A DNA stretch of 60,909 nt, filler included, from Sphacelaria rigidula (lineage: Eukaryota), in assembly GCA_964200075.2 (NCBI GenBank). It is 4 parts of 4 records of this genome, joined end to end, with 100 filler letters (N's around TTAATTAATTAA, not from the genome) between each part and the next. Parts side by side here need not be neighbours in the genome. Positions count along the whole stretch, not along the records: positions 1 to 15,156 come from CAXNAA020001884.1; positions 15,257 to 30,410 come from CAXNAA020001885.1; 2 more parts are not named here. One strand, given 5' to 3'. Shown piece by piece: positions 12,882 to 25,300 of the stretch (position 1 is its first letter; each line of letters starts with the position of its first letter). The notes under the pieces were generated by a model. The model was not told the origin of the DNA, searched no databases, and saw nothing but the letters and a program-made list of their open reading frames with translations. The translations under genes and the position numbers were made by a program.

Positions 12882-13658
12882 ATGGACATTCGTGACGATT
12901 GCGTGGGCGAGAAGCTCGCACCCTTCAATCCAAGCGGAGACGAGGTCATACGCATGGCCATCGATATGCTGCAGGTATGCTATGGTTGCATCATCATCAA
13001 TCAACAGGGTTGACTCTCGGTTGAACACTGCGGGTTGTTGAAGAAATTTGAAACTTGGCATGACAAACGCCCCTTTGTGTATGATACTTGCAGTGTCGCC
13101 CTATGTATCATATGTTCCATCTCGGTTCCATGCACAAACACGAAATCATGCATCGTAACCCAGTACACGTAGGGCACGTACTCCCGCACTTGGCACGATC
13201 GCTTCTCGTGTTCATGTATCATACATTTTGTGTACACCGAATCTCGGTCTATCTGACTGACGCGCTGGCCAACGACGCTGTTGGCGGACAATTCTTGGTG
13301 GGCAAGGAGTCAGTCACTCTGTCCTATCGTATTGGATGATCCAGGAGAAGCTTCAAGCTTTTCGACCCAACTACAGCACAACAGTACAGTACAGTTCTTG
13401 TTTCACGGTACAACACAAGTACGTTGCGATATATCCTCAACACATTTACAACGTGGTACAAAGTTTGAAGAGCCCAAAATGTCGACGTTGTGTACACCCC
13501 GGTGCAAGGTGATTCGACACGCCCTGATGGATTGCGCCGGTGTTGTCTGTGTCTGTGTTGTTGTCTGTTAGATTGGGCAAGCCGATGTGGTATACGACCT
13601 CGGCTGTGGGGATGGACGAATGCTCGTTGAGGCCGTCAAGGCATCAGGAGCTCGCGGC
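12882..13658 (+). CDS. Class I SAM-dependent methyltransferase (FAM173/Methyltransf_25-31-like), first two exons only
   Basis: Exon 1 12882..12974 is MDIRDDCVGEKLAPFNPSGDEVIRMAIDMLQ|GTATGC. Exon 2 13572..13658 is ttag|IGQADVVYDLGCGDGRMLVEAVKASGARG|GTGAGT. It has motif I (VYDLGCGDGR) and the preceding 'APFxP' segment typical of this family. No further exon was found before the contig end at 15156. Confidence 0.85.
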
Positions 13659-14139
13659 GTGAGTATGTTTCAGGCTTCCACAGTTGAGCGCAACACGTCA
13701 CAACGTTCATTTCCCCGGGTTGACCCTTGAACCACCGCCGTAATTTTCATGTCAAATTGACGTCGATTCAACAGATAACATGTGCTTGCTGGGAAAGGGT
13801 TGACCGTTGACAAAAAACAACGTTGAGATGGTCCTTCCCCTTTGACGCCGACAGTACGTCATCTGTTGAATCGGCATCAATTTCACCCGAAAAAGGTATG
13901 CATGATCCAGATGGACCACAGGCTGCAGGCTGGTTCACGGGAAAGACCCAAAAAACACTCATCGGCAAAACTTCACGCCGTTCTAAGCAGTTAGACCCTG
14001 AATTTTTGCACAAGTGTCCAATGCGTCATTACGCAAATTTCCAAGGTCGGCTTTTTTTTTTTCACGTTTCAACTTTTTCACCGTCTTTCGGACGTCCCAA
14101 TTTTTTCGGGGAAACTTCCACAGGCACGTAGGTGAGGTA

Positions 14140-14390
14140 CGTACCCAGTACCGGTATTTGGGACACATCATACCCTTCTGATACCGGTCCCATCGGGTAT
14201 TTTCAAATGTCATGCCTACGATACCCACGATACCGTACCCGCTCGATCAGGTATTTTCAAAACTCATACTGTACCTACGATACCTACGATACCACGGTGA
14301 TTCGAGATTTCAATACCTACCGTACCAGCCCAATCGAGTATTTTCAAAACTCATACTTACGATACCTACTATACTACGGTATTTTGAGAT
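14140..14390. repeat. Internally repetitive element (TACGATACC / GTATTTTCAAAACTCATAC units, ~3 copies), likely MITE subterminal array
   Basis: ggtattttcaaa...cat..ctacgatacc.acgatacc recurs three times with ~70-90 bp spacing. Confidence 0.5.
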
Positions 14391-14406
14391 TTTAATATCT
14401 GACAAG

Positions 14407-14560
14407 TGCCGGTCGCCCCGGTGGCTCAGTCGGTAACTTCGAAACCTTCTGACGGTTGGATTGTGGGTTCAAATCTCAGAGCGACCTGGGATTTTCTCTT
14501 ACAACATGCCCAACAGTAGTGGAGAGCGACTATGTCGTGGGTAGACAAAATTCGACTTGA
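14407..14560 (+). mobile_element. tRNA-derived SINE family 1, 5' half (3'-truncated)
   Basis: gccggtcgccccggtggctcagtcggtaacttcgaaaccttctga...gggttcaaatctc...catgcccaacagtagtggagagcgactatgtcgtgggtagacaaaattcgactt matches copies A/B, then diverges. Confidence 0.7.
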
Positions 14561-15156
14561 CCCTTTTGAGACCGACCCCCCACTAACACAGGGTTGACCC
14601 TGTGATGGCGAAATAATTTTTGAAAAGTCTTCGAGCGACCTGCCCAATCACGGCGAGGCGAGATTTATCGACCAGACCGGGACGACCAGCGCGGGGATTA
14701 TTGGCGAATGTGATGCCACTGCAAAAATCGTGTGGACACCCTATCTCTGGCCCAGATAAGCCTTCCCGGGTTTCCAAGTGCAGGGCGGTCGGAACTTGGT
14801 TATGTGATATTACTTGCACTCAGTACAGCTTTCCCGACTTTTCTGGTGTTCTTTTTGGGTCATAATTTTATACTAAAACGCAATAATTACACCAACACAG
14901 GGTGGACCGGAAAAACCGGGAAGGGGTGTACATGCTACCGTGTGGTCATTTTCACAAGGCACTAAACCCAGGTGGGCCGTGAAAAGAAAAGGAGCTACCG
15001 TCATGAATTCTGCTTATCCCTCTGCAGATGACTTGCAGTGTGCAGTTAACATGTTGTAGGGGGCGGGGATGAAGAAGCGGTATGTAGGCAGTTGATCTCG
15101 GTAGCTGAGAATTGCCCAGAACGTGCAGGGGAGTATGCAGCGGCAGCTGCTGCTTC

Positions 15157-15256
15157 NNNNNNNNNNNNNNNNNNNNNNNNNNNNNNNNNNNNNNNNNNNN
15201 TTAATTAATTAANNNNNNNNNNNNNNNNNNNNNNNNNNNNNNNNNNNNNNNNNNNN
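15157..15256. other. Artificial contig spacer N44-TTAATTAATTAA-N44
   Basis: Exactly 100 bp; the linker has stops in all six frames; identical to the spacers at 30411 and 45663. Confidence 0.97.
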
Positions 15257-16693
15257 CCCTTGGTCCCCGTGTTTTCTTTTTTTTTTGTCTGCTTTTGTTT
15301 CGTCTGTGCTTCCCCCCCCCGCCGTCGCCGGAACGAGCCTGGCTCTCTCTTCTTGTCTATTGTATTCATTTTTTTTACGTTCTATTATTTTTATCTTTTT
15401 TTTCTTTCATTTTTTTCATGTTTCTCCTTTTTGTTTCTGATCACGAGCTGCAGTGTTGCAATCAGCTACGTAATGCGCGATCATAATTTTTTTTTTTCGT
15501 TGCTCGTGTTTGTGTTTGTGTTTGTGTTTGTCGCTATTTTATTGTCATCGCTGTTGTTGTTGTTTGTTCTCGTTGTTGTTTGTTGTTGATGTTGGTGGTG
15601 TTGTTTTTGTTGTTATCGCTGCCCCCTTTCTTTCCTCTCTGAGGCCGTTGCTTCTGTCGTTTTGTGTTCCTTCCTCTCTTTTTCCTTTTTTTTATTATTC
15701 TGTTCTATTTTTGCTGCTCCTGACCACGGGCTGGATTGTTGCAATCGGCTAATGTGAGATAATCAATCAATCCATCAATCACTGAGTTTCCAGTGGCTCT
15801 CCGCTCGACATGCAGGTGGAGGCGGGGTACACAGCCATGATATGTTCGGGTCTACACAGTTCTGCACTCAAGACCACAAAGCTACGTGGATTCTTCCCAC
15901 TGTGGGCACGTAGACTTCAGTAGCTTTATTCATGTATTAAACCTTGGCTGTTCATCGTAACAGAGGGCAGCATCCCAGCTCCGTTTCCCACGGAAGGCGA
16001 AAACAGCTCCAGAAGATCGTGATGAAACGCTTACGGAATCCACGGGTCATATTCGCAGACCTGTGATCCATCAATCAGCGGTGAACGTGCGCGTACTGCA
16101 CATTGCCCAACTGCATTCACTTATACTTTCTAGGTCACGATGGTGGCCAGAGTCTACAGGCCTGAAGACTCTCATTTCGCTGGTTCGGGCCAGGGTTGAT
16201 TGCTGTAGTAGTTGTGATGAACGCTCATCGTATAAACACTTGCAGGTAGAACTTTTCCCCCACACGTGAATAAACGGCTGAGCGAATGATACTCACAAGT
16301 TAACTTGCAATAATACTGCGCCAGCGAGGCGTCAACTGTTTGTGGGGGAAATTTGAATGCAGCTGGACAATCTATTTTTTTTTTCCATCACCGTTCATGA
16401 GTGTAGACCCCTCCGTCCCAGTTCACGGGTGTCTAGTAGCCCACAAGTGGGCCGTATCATTGTTTCATGTGTATGCTCTGTGCGATAGGTGAACATGTTT
16501 TGTGTAATTTTTTCAGTCTGCTTTTTATTGCGTGACATCCTTGACTGTCGAGGATCATTTGATGATCAGTCGAGTTGTATCGTGGAAACCGCGGTTTTTC
16601 GTGAATCGTTTTCTTGTTTGAAGGGGAAGGGATCGTCGTAACTATCCACCGTTTTAGGTCCTGTTTGCTGAACATAGAAAATAGAGATGGGGA

Positions 16694-16950
16694 GAGTGAT
16701 GCACCGGTAGGGGTGCACAAATATTTTATGAGGTTAGAAATGTTACGAGCCCTTTATCTCATGCAAAACACGACCTTTGAAAATATGTGAAAGTACGCCA
16801 GAATAACTACTCCAATGTGCTGAGTATATTCCGAATGAATTTGCAAACGGGGATGCCCTGACCCATATTTTTGTGCTTCCAGAATCGTTAGGAGCCTCTG
16901 AACTAGACATGATTTCGCGAAAAAAGTGCACCCCTACCGGAGCATTGCTC
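16694..16950. mobile_element. 257-bp MITE with 25-bp TIRs and 4-bp TSD (Sola-like termini)
   Basis: Left end GAGTGATGCACCGGTAGGGGTGCAC versus reverse complement of the right end GAGCAATGCTCCGGTAGGGGTGCAC (22/25). GGGA lies on both flanks (16690-16693, 16951-16954). No coding capacity. Confidence 0.7.
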
Positions 16951-17309
16951 GGGAGATAATGGAGCGCGACTATGATGCTCGATCAGAGGACTTGTCGGGC
17001 AGCCGACCAGCATAGTAGTGCAGAAGTGTAGTATTGTATAGCTAGGCAAGGAAAATAAGGGAGTGGGCGAGTAGGCATAGCCTCACGCTCTACCATCAAG
17101 GCTGTACGTGCGTGAGTCCTCAATACGCAAACTAGGTTATAAGTGAATCCCGCCGCGAGTATCGGTCAAAACATACCACACAAATGATGCCTCACTACTG
17201 CATCAGGAATACGCCCATCTTCGGCGGAGAGAGTCTTGCCGTGTTGCGAACTCTTGATTTTCAAGCTGAGTCGTTCGCCGCAGCCGCTGTACTCAGTGTA
17301 AGCACGACG

Positions 17310-17680
17310 TAATTGTAACTTGTCTCACCAACCCAAGCGCCAATTAATTGTAAAATGAAATGACTTAATCCACCTATAACTTCATTCAAGTACCTTGCCT
17401 CAGCTTCCAGTCTGAGATGAAGCGACTTGCCTCACCAACAATAACTGTACGGTGAAAAGAGTAGTTGGTTCCCCAACACGATGCTAGTAACTCGCTTTCT
17501 CACTCTCAGATCAAGTAACCTGCCTTAGCTTATTTAATGATTAGATTCAGGAGACTTGTTTCACCATATACTTACTTCAAGTACCTTGCCTCAGCCAATC
17601 GAAGATCAAATGACCTAGCCCACCCATACTCTGTTATGGTAACTTATCGCTTCCCAACCCTTGGGTCAAGTAACCTGCCA
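17310..17680. repeat. Degenerate tandem repeat (CAAGTA(A/C)CTTGCC/CTCACCA motifs)
   Basis: ttcaagtaccttgcctcagc occurs at ~17386 and ~17576, with related caagtaacctgcc and cttg.ctcacca units interspersed. Confidence 0.45.
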
Positions 17681-18027
17681 CACAGATTTTTGGCGGGAGC
17701 CGAGGTAAAGGCGTACTTGGGACCTTCTGTTCATGCAGCTTACTACGAGTTATCTCATTCATGGTGTCACGAATGATGTGAGAAAGTGATTCGTCGACGG
17801 ACAACTACTTGTAAAAATGTGTCCCTTTTATGCGGTGGTTCCCACGGTTGTCTGGAATGGTTATCGATGATAGTTAGTTGCAGTGTGACCCTCTCGCCCA
17901 CCCCCCCCCTACCGGAGAGCATTTTTTCGAAAATTGTCATGATGATTGCCATTTTTTCCGTGTTTTTTGATTTTTTAATTTTCTTGTTGAAATATTGAAA
18001 GGAATTGAACAACAAACATGACAAAAC

Positions 18028-18314
18028 CCGAAAATTCTGGCGGGCTCTGCGAGGTTAATATCTTTGCTTCTGCTCCTCGCCCGCCCTGTCCCGATGGCGT
18101 CGGATGCCGGCCACGCTCACACACATTTTTTTTATGTACCATACACGAGCGCACGGTCGCGATAGCCTGTGGCCAAGTGTAGCAACATTTTCTCAGGCCT
18201 CGCCAAATTTGCCCGGACTGCTATAATATAATGGTAGCGGTAGGTAGTCGAGGCACACGACACGACACATACATGATCCCATAAATGTTATCACGGTAGG
18301 TGATGAGCTTGGAG
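18028..18314 (+). repeat. Dispersed repeat family X, copy 1 (~290 bp)
   Basis: ccgaaaattctggcgggct.tgcga.gtt...tgcttctgct.ct.gccc.ccctgtcccgatg...cacgagcgcacggt...catgatcccata...ggtaggtgatgagcttggag is shared with 29408-29644. Confidence 0.75.
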
Positions 18315-18992
18315 GGGGTGTGTGTCCGTCATCTCAGCGGTCTCCATGCCAAGAATCTCTGTACACGGTCGCTGACCGCATCCGCCAACGCCTCGACAAT
18401 AAACTAGGGGACAGCAGGCCGGATGTTCCACCCCTCCTTAACCCTCCCCCAAAAAACAAATAAACAGACAAACGAATTTTCGATCTTGCGGGGTCTACGT
18501 GTCCCACAATATATTTTTTATAGACCCTTGGTCATGCTACGATGATGGGTGTGGGGAAGTATTTTGGGCCATTTCTTCCTCGAAGTTTCACTTCAAATCA
18601 TTCTTTTGACAGCAGCAACGGTTGTTCGAACGCGCTTGGGACCGATATATAACGCTCATTTATACCGCTTGACACCGTTTTAACCCAAATACAATCGCAC
18701 CGCGAGTGTGTTAAGTCTGATATACATGATATTATATATGGGTCTTTTTTTTCGTGGGACGCCGCCGCACCCCACCCCCACCCATCGTAGTATCGTGACT
18801 TGATTTTTTTAACGACCCTGGTCAAGAACGGTTTCCAACCGACCATCCCCGGACACATTCAGACTTTTGGTTGCCAACCACTTCCGATAATAACATATAG
18901 TCACTCTCTAGTCCGCACTGGATTTCGCTGGATAGATGTCAACTGTCGTCTTCGTGGGGAATGAGGCTCTCGCCAAATCAAGGATTTCAAGG

Positions 18993-19028
18993 CAAAGGGT
19001 ATGACTCTAGCTAGAGTCATACCCTTTG
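18993..19028. mobile_element. 36-bp perfect palindromic mini DNA element with 8-bp TSD
   Basis: CAAAGGGTATGACTCTAG|CTAGAGTCATACCCTTTG is a perfect palindrome, flanked by TTTCAAGG at 18985-18992 and 19029-19036. Confidence 0.85.
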
Positions 19029-19395
19029 TTTCAAGGTGTGGATGCTGCACGTACAAAAACCATGTGGTCATACTTCAGAATAGATAATGACCAAAGTGTA
19101 TCAGTTTTCAATTGAATGTCGGGTCTCTTTGCGAGACACCTAAGCACCCAGACCGGACGACATTACACGCAGCCAGCCTGTCGCACGTGCAGTCGCCTCT
19201 TTAACGCGTATCTCAGCAAGCCTGTCAGGTGCGGTACACCCTTCTGGTGAATCACAAGAGAAAGTCAAACCACACAAGAGTACGGTACCGCACGGACCTG
19301 TTGTTGCAGTGCACCGAAAACCGAACTGACCGATTTCCGTAGGTTCGGCCCGAAACGTGGGCAGAAAAGGGTGACCCGTCTCTCGTTGCTGCAAT

Positions 19396-22300
19396 ATGTC
19401 GGGCGTGGGGACTACGGCAGAAGAGGTGCTATGCACCTTGGACTACTGTAATGCGGGGTGGGGAGAGGTGCTGACGCACATGTCGCCATTCGGATGGGCA
19501 AACTTGGGCACTGGCTTTGCTCTGGGGCTGTCTGTGCTGGGCGCGGGATGGGGCATCTTCCTTACCGGAGCAAGCATCATGGGCGCGGCCATCAAGGCCC
19601 CACGCATCCGGTCTAAGAACTTGGTTAGCGTCATCTTTTGCGAGGCGACGGCCATTTACGGCGTCATTATGGCCATTATCCTCACCAACAAGATTCAGGT
19701 GCGATCGATTAGAAGCTCTTTTATTGTTCGCGCGATGTCGCTGAGCTGCGGGCTGCGAGATTACTGTCTACAAAAACGAACAACAAAAGTCCCGTTTGAT
19801 TTGCCTGCATAATCATTTGTCGAAAGTACGTAATTGAGCGGCGTGTTTGGTGCTGAAGGGGGCTGGAATGTGCTACTCCAGCACGAAAAGTCACCTCCCT
19901 TCACGAGAGGTGGTTTGTCTGCTGTCAAGGAGAGGCCCCGTTTTACTCCTCTTGTTTTGTCGAGGGAAATTTGATAGATGCCTGATATATTTTTTCTGGC
20001 ATGCCGACGACAAAGGAGTCGGGATGGCGAGTGCCGCGAACGGCGTCAAAGGTGTTGCGTTTTATTACAATGCACCAGTCTGGCCGCGGTTTGTAAGACC
20101 CCAAACGTCGAAACTTTAATCGGCACAACGATTTTACTACATACGAAACGGCCCAGAGCATCACATGTATATTTCCTGGAGTCGAGGACGGTCCACTAGA
20201 ACATACTGCTGCTCCTTACAATGAATGTGGGAACGGTGCGCTCTGGTCCAGGCAGAGGTGTGAGTCTTTCTCGTGTTATGACTGTCAAGTCGGTCGTCAT
20301 TACACGGTGTCGCATGTTGCCGAGTTCACAAGCACGGCCGGAAGCAGTCGGCGGCGGGCACGGCATCGGTAGCAATAAAATGCTGACGTTCAAGACCTTG
20401 TGCTTGATTGGCGGCGGGGTCCCCTTGCAGCTGTTAGGCCAAGGTAATGCTTTCGACGGGGCGTGCTTGTCCTCGTGATCGGCCTTCAGCCCGTGCTCAT
20501 GAGGGAGCCTGGTGTTCGTATCCCCGAGTCCTTCCTCCTCACCTCGGAGTTGCTATATTTTCTGCCCCATGGATTTCGGACGAGTGTCGCTGCTCCCGTG
20601 TCCAACTGGTGCAACCACCTTGTGCATTTGATGTGCATTAAGTGGTTTTTGTCTTGGGGCAACATCTTTGGAGAGTACTTGCAAGTGTGCATTTCTGAGC
20701 TGATTTTATTTGCTATACTGGGCACTACAGATATTGGCCTGACGGAGTTGGCAGAGCTGGCAGACAGCTCGGCTGCCATAGTGCTGTGCTGCTGTATATA
20801 CTGCATGTGCTCACGTTGCAAGGTTCCCGTCACGCTGAAGCTCATTGGACCGTGGTACAATGAACCACGACACGGATTATTCGACTCCGCTAAGAGAACA
20901 ATTCCGTGTTAATGCGCTTGTTGTGATACTGGCGGTGGGGGCCTGACAATTCGCAACGGTGGAGGAGTGGAGGAGTACTCCTGGTTTCGAGGCAGCACCG
21001 TATTCTTTACAACAGCCAGTCTTGTGTTCATTCTCCAGCAACCAACAGCTGTGAATTTACTCCCCTGGGGCACGTTCAACACCGACAACTTGCGTTGCGT
21101 GCCGTTCTTCGATCCGTTCGCGGCCCGGAAGGAATTAATGGTTCACCCGCAGATGGACGCCGAAGTCGGACAATCACTCTTTTATCTGAACATGTTGCCG
21201 ATGCAATGAATGCAACACACCTGACCTTCCCAAACGGCATGCTACAGTGGGAAAGCTCTTCTCCTTGTTCATGATCGTCTGAAGACAAATTAAAGCATAA
21301 CAAATACCGCTACCGAAAAACCTATGGGCTGGTCTGCCTGAGGATACTGGAAAAGTGTCACCCAAGCGTTTCTCAAGAGCTACGAGTCGCATGCGTGTAC
21401 GTTTAAGTTTAACCCTTTTGGAACCCTCCCCTCCTGTCCCCTGGCCAAACGCCTTATTATGAGAAGCCCTGATGAAAAGGAAAACATGGGAACAGAATAG
21501 GCTGACGGCAACCATTGTTATAATGGAAGACCCAGGAAGAATGTCCTCCCTGGAGAATTGGGAAAAGGTTTGTCCAATCATACCACGCAACGGATGAAGT
21601 GTGTCCAATTATATCCATCGACAGTAATCAGCAAAACCACTTTGAAACATTCCATTCAAATAACAGCAATGGGCTCCAGGGTAAAACCTGGCACGTTTGT
21701 ATACTAGCATTTGTAGATGAGGGAAGCACCGCTTTGAGGGGCTGCAGCATCGGGTGGCGAGTTTGCCAAGCCACACCGTACATGAAGCACAGTAAGGCTG
21801 AACCCAGCGAAATCCCGTCACCACATGTGGAAGGCACAGTGGGTTGTGCGGGCGGTGCATGGCGGGCGTATTGGCAAGCGTCCGAACAGGCGATATGCAT
21901 GTACACGGGAGGGAGCCAACGGGCACCGCCTACCGTAATCAGGCCAGATGAAATACACTGCAGTCAGTAAATACAGTAGGTTTCAGCATTGACTTGCGGC
22001 TACACTGTGCAAGATAAATATGAGCATGTCGTGAAAAGTCGGCCACGAGAGTAGACGGCACGAGACGATAGCGGTAGCCGGTGTCATGAATCTCATGCAG
22101 CATGAAGTATATCTGTGCAACGGTCGGGAACGATCAACCCACGGTATAGATGTGGTGGGGCAACTGTGCCTTTCGCTACGCCGTTGTGTAGTCAACCCGC
22201 AGTATGATGTTGTCGGTACGTACTTGGCAGAGCGAAGTTCTGTGCATGCCTCGCGTTTTACAGAGATTTTCTCAAATGATGATACAGACATGACACGAAG

Positions 22301-25300
22301 CAGTAAGGCATCACCCATGGGGCGACGGCACTCAGCAGACTCTACACCACAGTGACGGTGCATAACTGCAGGGCACATGGCGTCTGCGTCGCCTTTACGC
22401 ATTTTTTCAAACGGCGGGATGGTGCTGTCGGAACGTGCATGAGCGCGATGTTGTGCATGACGTGAGTCTGCAGTCGAGATTACCCCAAACCGCTGTAAAT
22501 ACACCCAGTACTGTACAGGGCAGTATCGCAGCACCCCCGGCGGCACGGAAAGGTGACTGCCTGAGATTGTATACCGCCAGTTCATAAACATGGCGAATGT
22601 GCCATCGGCGTTGCCCTTGTTGCTATGACACTGCAAAGAGTAGAAACTGCAGCGGGCAGAGCGTGCAGGTCAGGCGGGAAGTATGCTTCACAGAGACCTG
22701 CCGCGCACTGTGGCCGGGGAAGGAACTCATGAGTGCAGAACAAAAACGCTGACGGGTCCTGGACCTCGCCGCAGCAAGAAAAAAGGAAATGTTTTCTTGT
22801 TCCACTTGTCACTCGTACGGGTCTGAAAAATACGCGTTGGGCCAAAAATGTTGCGTCTAAGCTGTGAACCATCATCCATATTTTGCTCAAAAACCGTCAA
22901 TTGCAAATGATCAATTTTCCATTCTGAGTTCCAAGAAGGTTGACATTTCTGCTTGATGCTCGCAACAAGACCGAGATGCTCCCGGGCCGTTTTTGCGCCA
23001 CGAGTTACTCGCTATTTAGAAAGGGAGATCGATCGCATTCATACCATATTGAACGGTTTCGTTTTCATTTTTGTAGAATAATGGTCATTGAATTTTTCAG
23101 AATTCGAATAGTTACTGTACATGGCACATCGCCCTCTCGCACCCTCACAACCAGATGCAGTCGTCACAAACCGCAAGCAAGCGCCTGCACGCCAGTCTTG
23201 AATGAAAGCGCTCGCACTGCTGGCGGCAACGGGCGTTGTAGCTGCTTTTTGGGCTTGGAGAGTGTTGTCGGCTGAACAGTAAGTACCATCTGCGCCACGG
23301 AGTTATCGGGAAACTGCTCTGGAAGCAACGTGTTTCCGAATATATCAATTACAGAGGTGAAGAATGTGAGCAAGTACCACGCTGTTGGTATTTCATTAGT
23401 CGATATGCCTGCAATTATTCGTGTTATTTCGGCTGTCCCTTCTGAACGGCAGAAGCAATAGACTTTTTCATCAGAAGAATCGGATTTCTTGCGTTTTTTG
23501 ACGCTCACATGAAGTTCTTGAGGGTTACAAACTGAAGCTTGACACATGTGTGTGCAGCTGATATACGAACGTCTTGATACGGGCGCATGTCTTGTTTTCT
23601 GCTCTCAAGTCGAGACATTCCAACATTTGGAGGTAAAGACCTGTACCAAGAATCACAATTTCCCCAATATCTTGACTTTCAAGGCCTAAAATCGAAGAGC
23701 AAATCTCATGTTGATATGCCAACTGCGCGCGTGACTCAGATTTTCAGCTCATGATTCCCCGTAACCATCGGGTGAAAGTCGTGTAACCAAGGCGATTTCT
23801 CAGCAAAAAGCAGATTTTCCACGAGTAACAATCCAAAATCTTAGGTACGTACAGACACACTGGTATTATTGCAATCAGGACTCATATGATACTTTCGACT
23901 TTTATCTCGAGATATGTATCGTCAAAGAAGAAGAGAACCTGGTCGAAAATGACTAATTTCTCAAAACTTGATTCGTAGATTTGTTTTTCGAAGCGAGCAG
24001 TGTTTTTGCGCATACCTAGGTAGGTCCGCAATTTGAAGTCGCAACTCTTTAACCTAGCCCGGAAGGTCATAATAACATTTCCCCCTTCGTCCCAGGCAGA
24101 CCAACCTGTAGTATGTAGTCGTTCCAAGCTCTGGTGCCTCAAGAGTTCGCTCCTCGAGCGTCTGTACTTGTTCCCAAGTGTATGAATGCTGACGGTTCCT
24201 TCATATATTTTTTTCCCGGAGGGAGGGGGAGTCGAGTCGATGAATAATAGATGATGACATTTGCATAGCGTAGTGCATAAATGGGTGGTGAGTAGACACG
24301 AACGCTCACGGAGTATTTTCCCAAAATTACGATTATTTTTATTTGAATTGACAAAATGAACCCTAGATTGAATGGCGGGACTGTCGAATAGTGCACTTTT
24401 GCGTGACGATCACCTCCAGGTGCTTTCGAGTTGGTGCCCAGCGGATGCGAGTTCACACACCACGACACGTCCGTAGCCGGCCGCTTGTAAAATATCCATA
24501 CCACCATGACTGCGGCTTCTACTCTGGCAATCGCCGTCCATGTACTCTCTACGCATCACAGTCAACTGCACCCGGCCGCCGCTTCCACGTTCGAATGTGA
24601 CACGAGGCGTGGTGTGGCACGAATTTCTCGGCTGCAACCACCCCGTTCCTGTGCAGGTGTCCACTCTTCACCTGAAACAACCACTCAAACTTACTCTGAA
24701 TTCCACGCTTACCAAAGTCCAACCATTAACCTGAGCGCTCGAAGACCTTCGAGGTGGGACGTGTTCAACATTGTCCTGCACTTCTTCGAAGCGAATAGTT
24801 GCAGCATCGAAATGCGAACTGACGAAAGAAGTTTCATGGACGCCACCGGATCCCCCGGCCCTACGACGCCAACTACCGCCACCCCGCCCTCGGCTACCGC
24901 TGCTGCCGCCATCACCACCGCTACCGCACCCATCACTGCCGTCGACGCCTGTAAAGAGAGGGGTCCACTCTGGATCTTTCATGTTCGTCCCCAATTAATC
25001 GCCCACCTGTGCCTACCGTGGCACAGCCGTTGTGGCGGCCCAGTCGAGGGCGTCAGTGAAAGACCCATCGGGGGTCCACTCTGGATAAAGGTGTCGACGG
25101 TAGCGTTGATCGTGGTGGCGACGGCGACAGTGGGAGTGGGGGCGGTGGCGGTAGCGGTAGCGGTAGCGGCGGCCGAAGGCATGGTGTTGGTGGTTGGCGT
25201 CTTAACGCCGGGAAATTCGGCCGCGTCCATAGTTATTTTTCACGACATTCCTCCTTGTAAATTTTCGGTTTGGCGTTGAAGGACCATCGGCGTGTGGCGT

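Noticed and set aside
15201-15212. Thrice-repeated TTAATTAATTAA as a biological motif
   Set aside because: Always centred in exactly 44+44 Ns; an assembly linker.
15260-15752. Phe/Leu/Val-rich ORFs as membrane proteins
   Set aside because: Translation of (GTT)n/T-rich microsatellite sequence.
24506-25279. 257-aa plus-strand ORF in the VMA16 intron as a nested gene
   Set aside because: Ala/Thr/Val low-complexity from GC-rich trinucleotide repeats; no domain or splice support.
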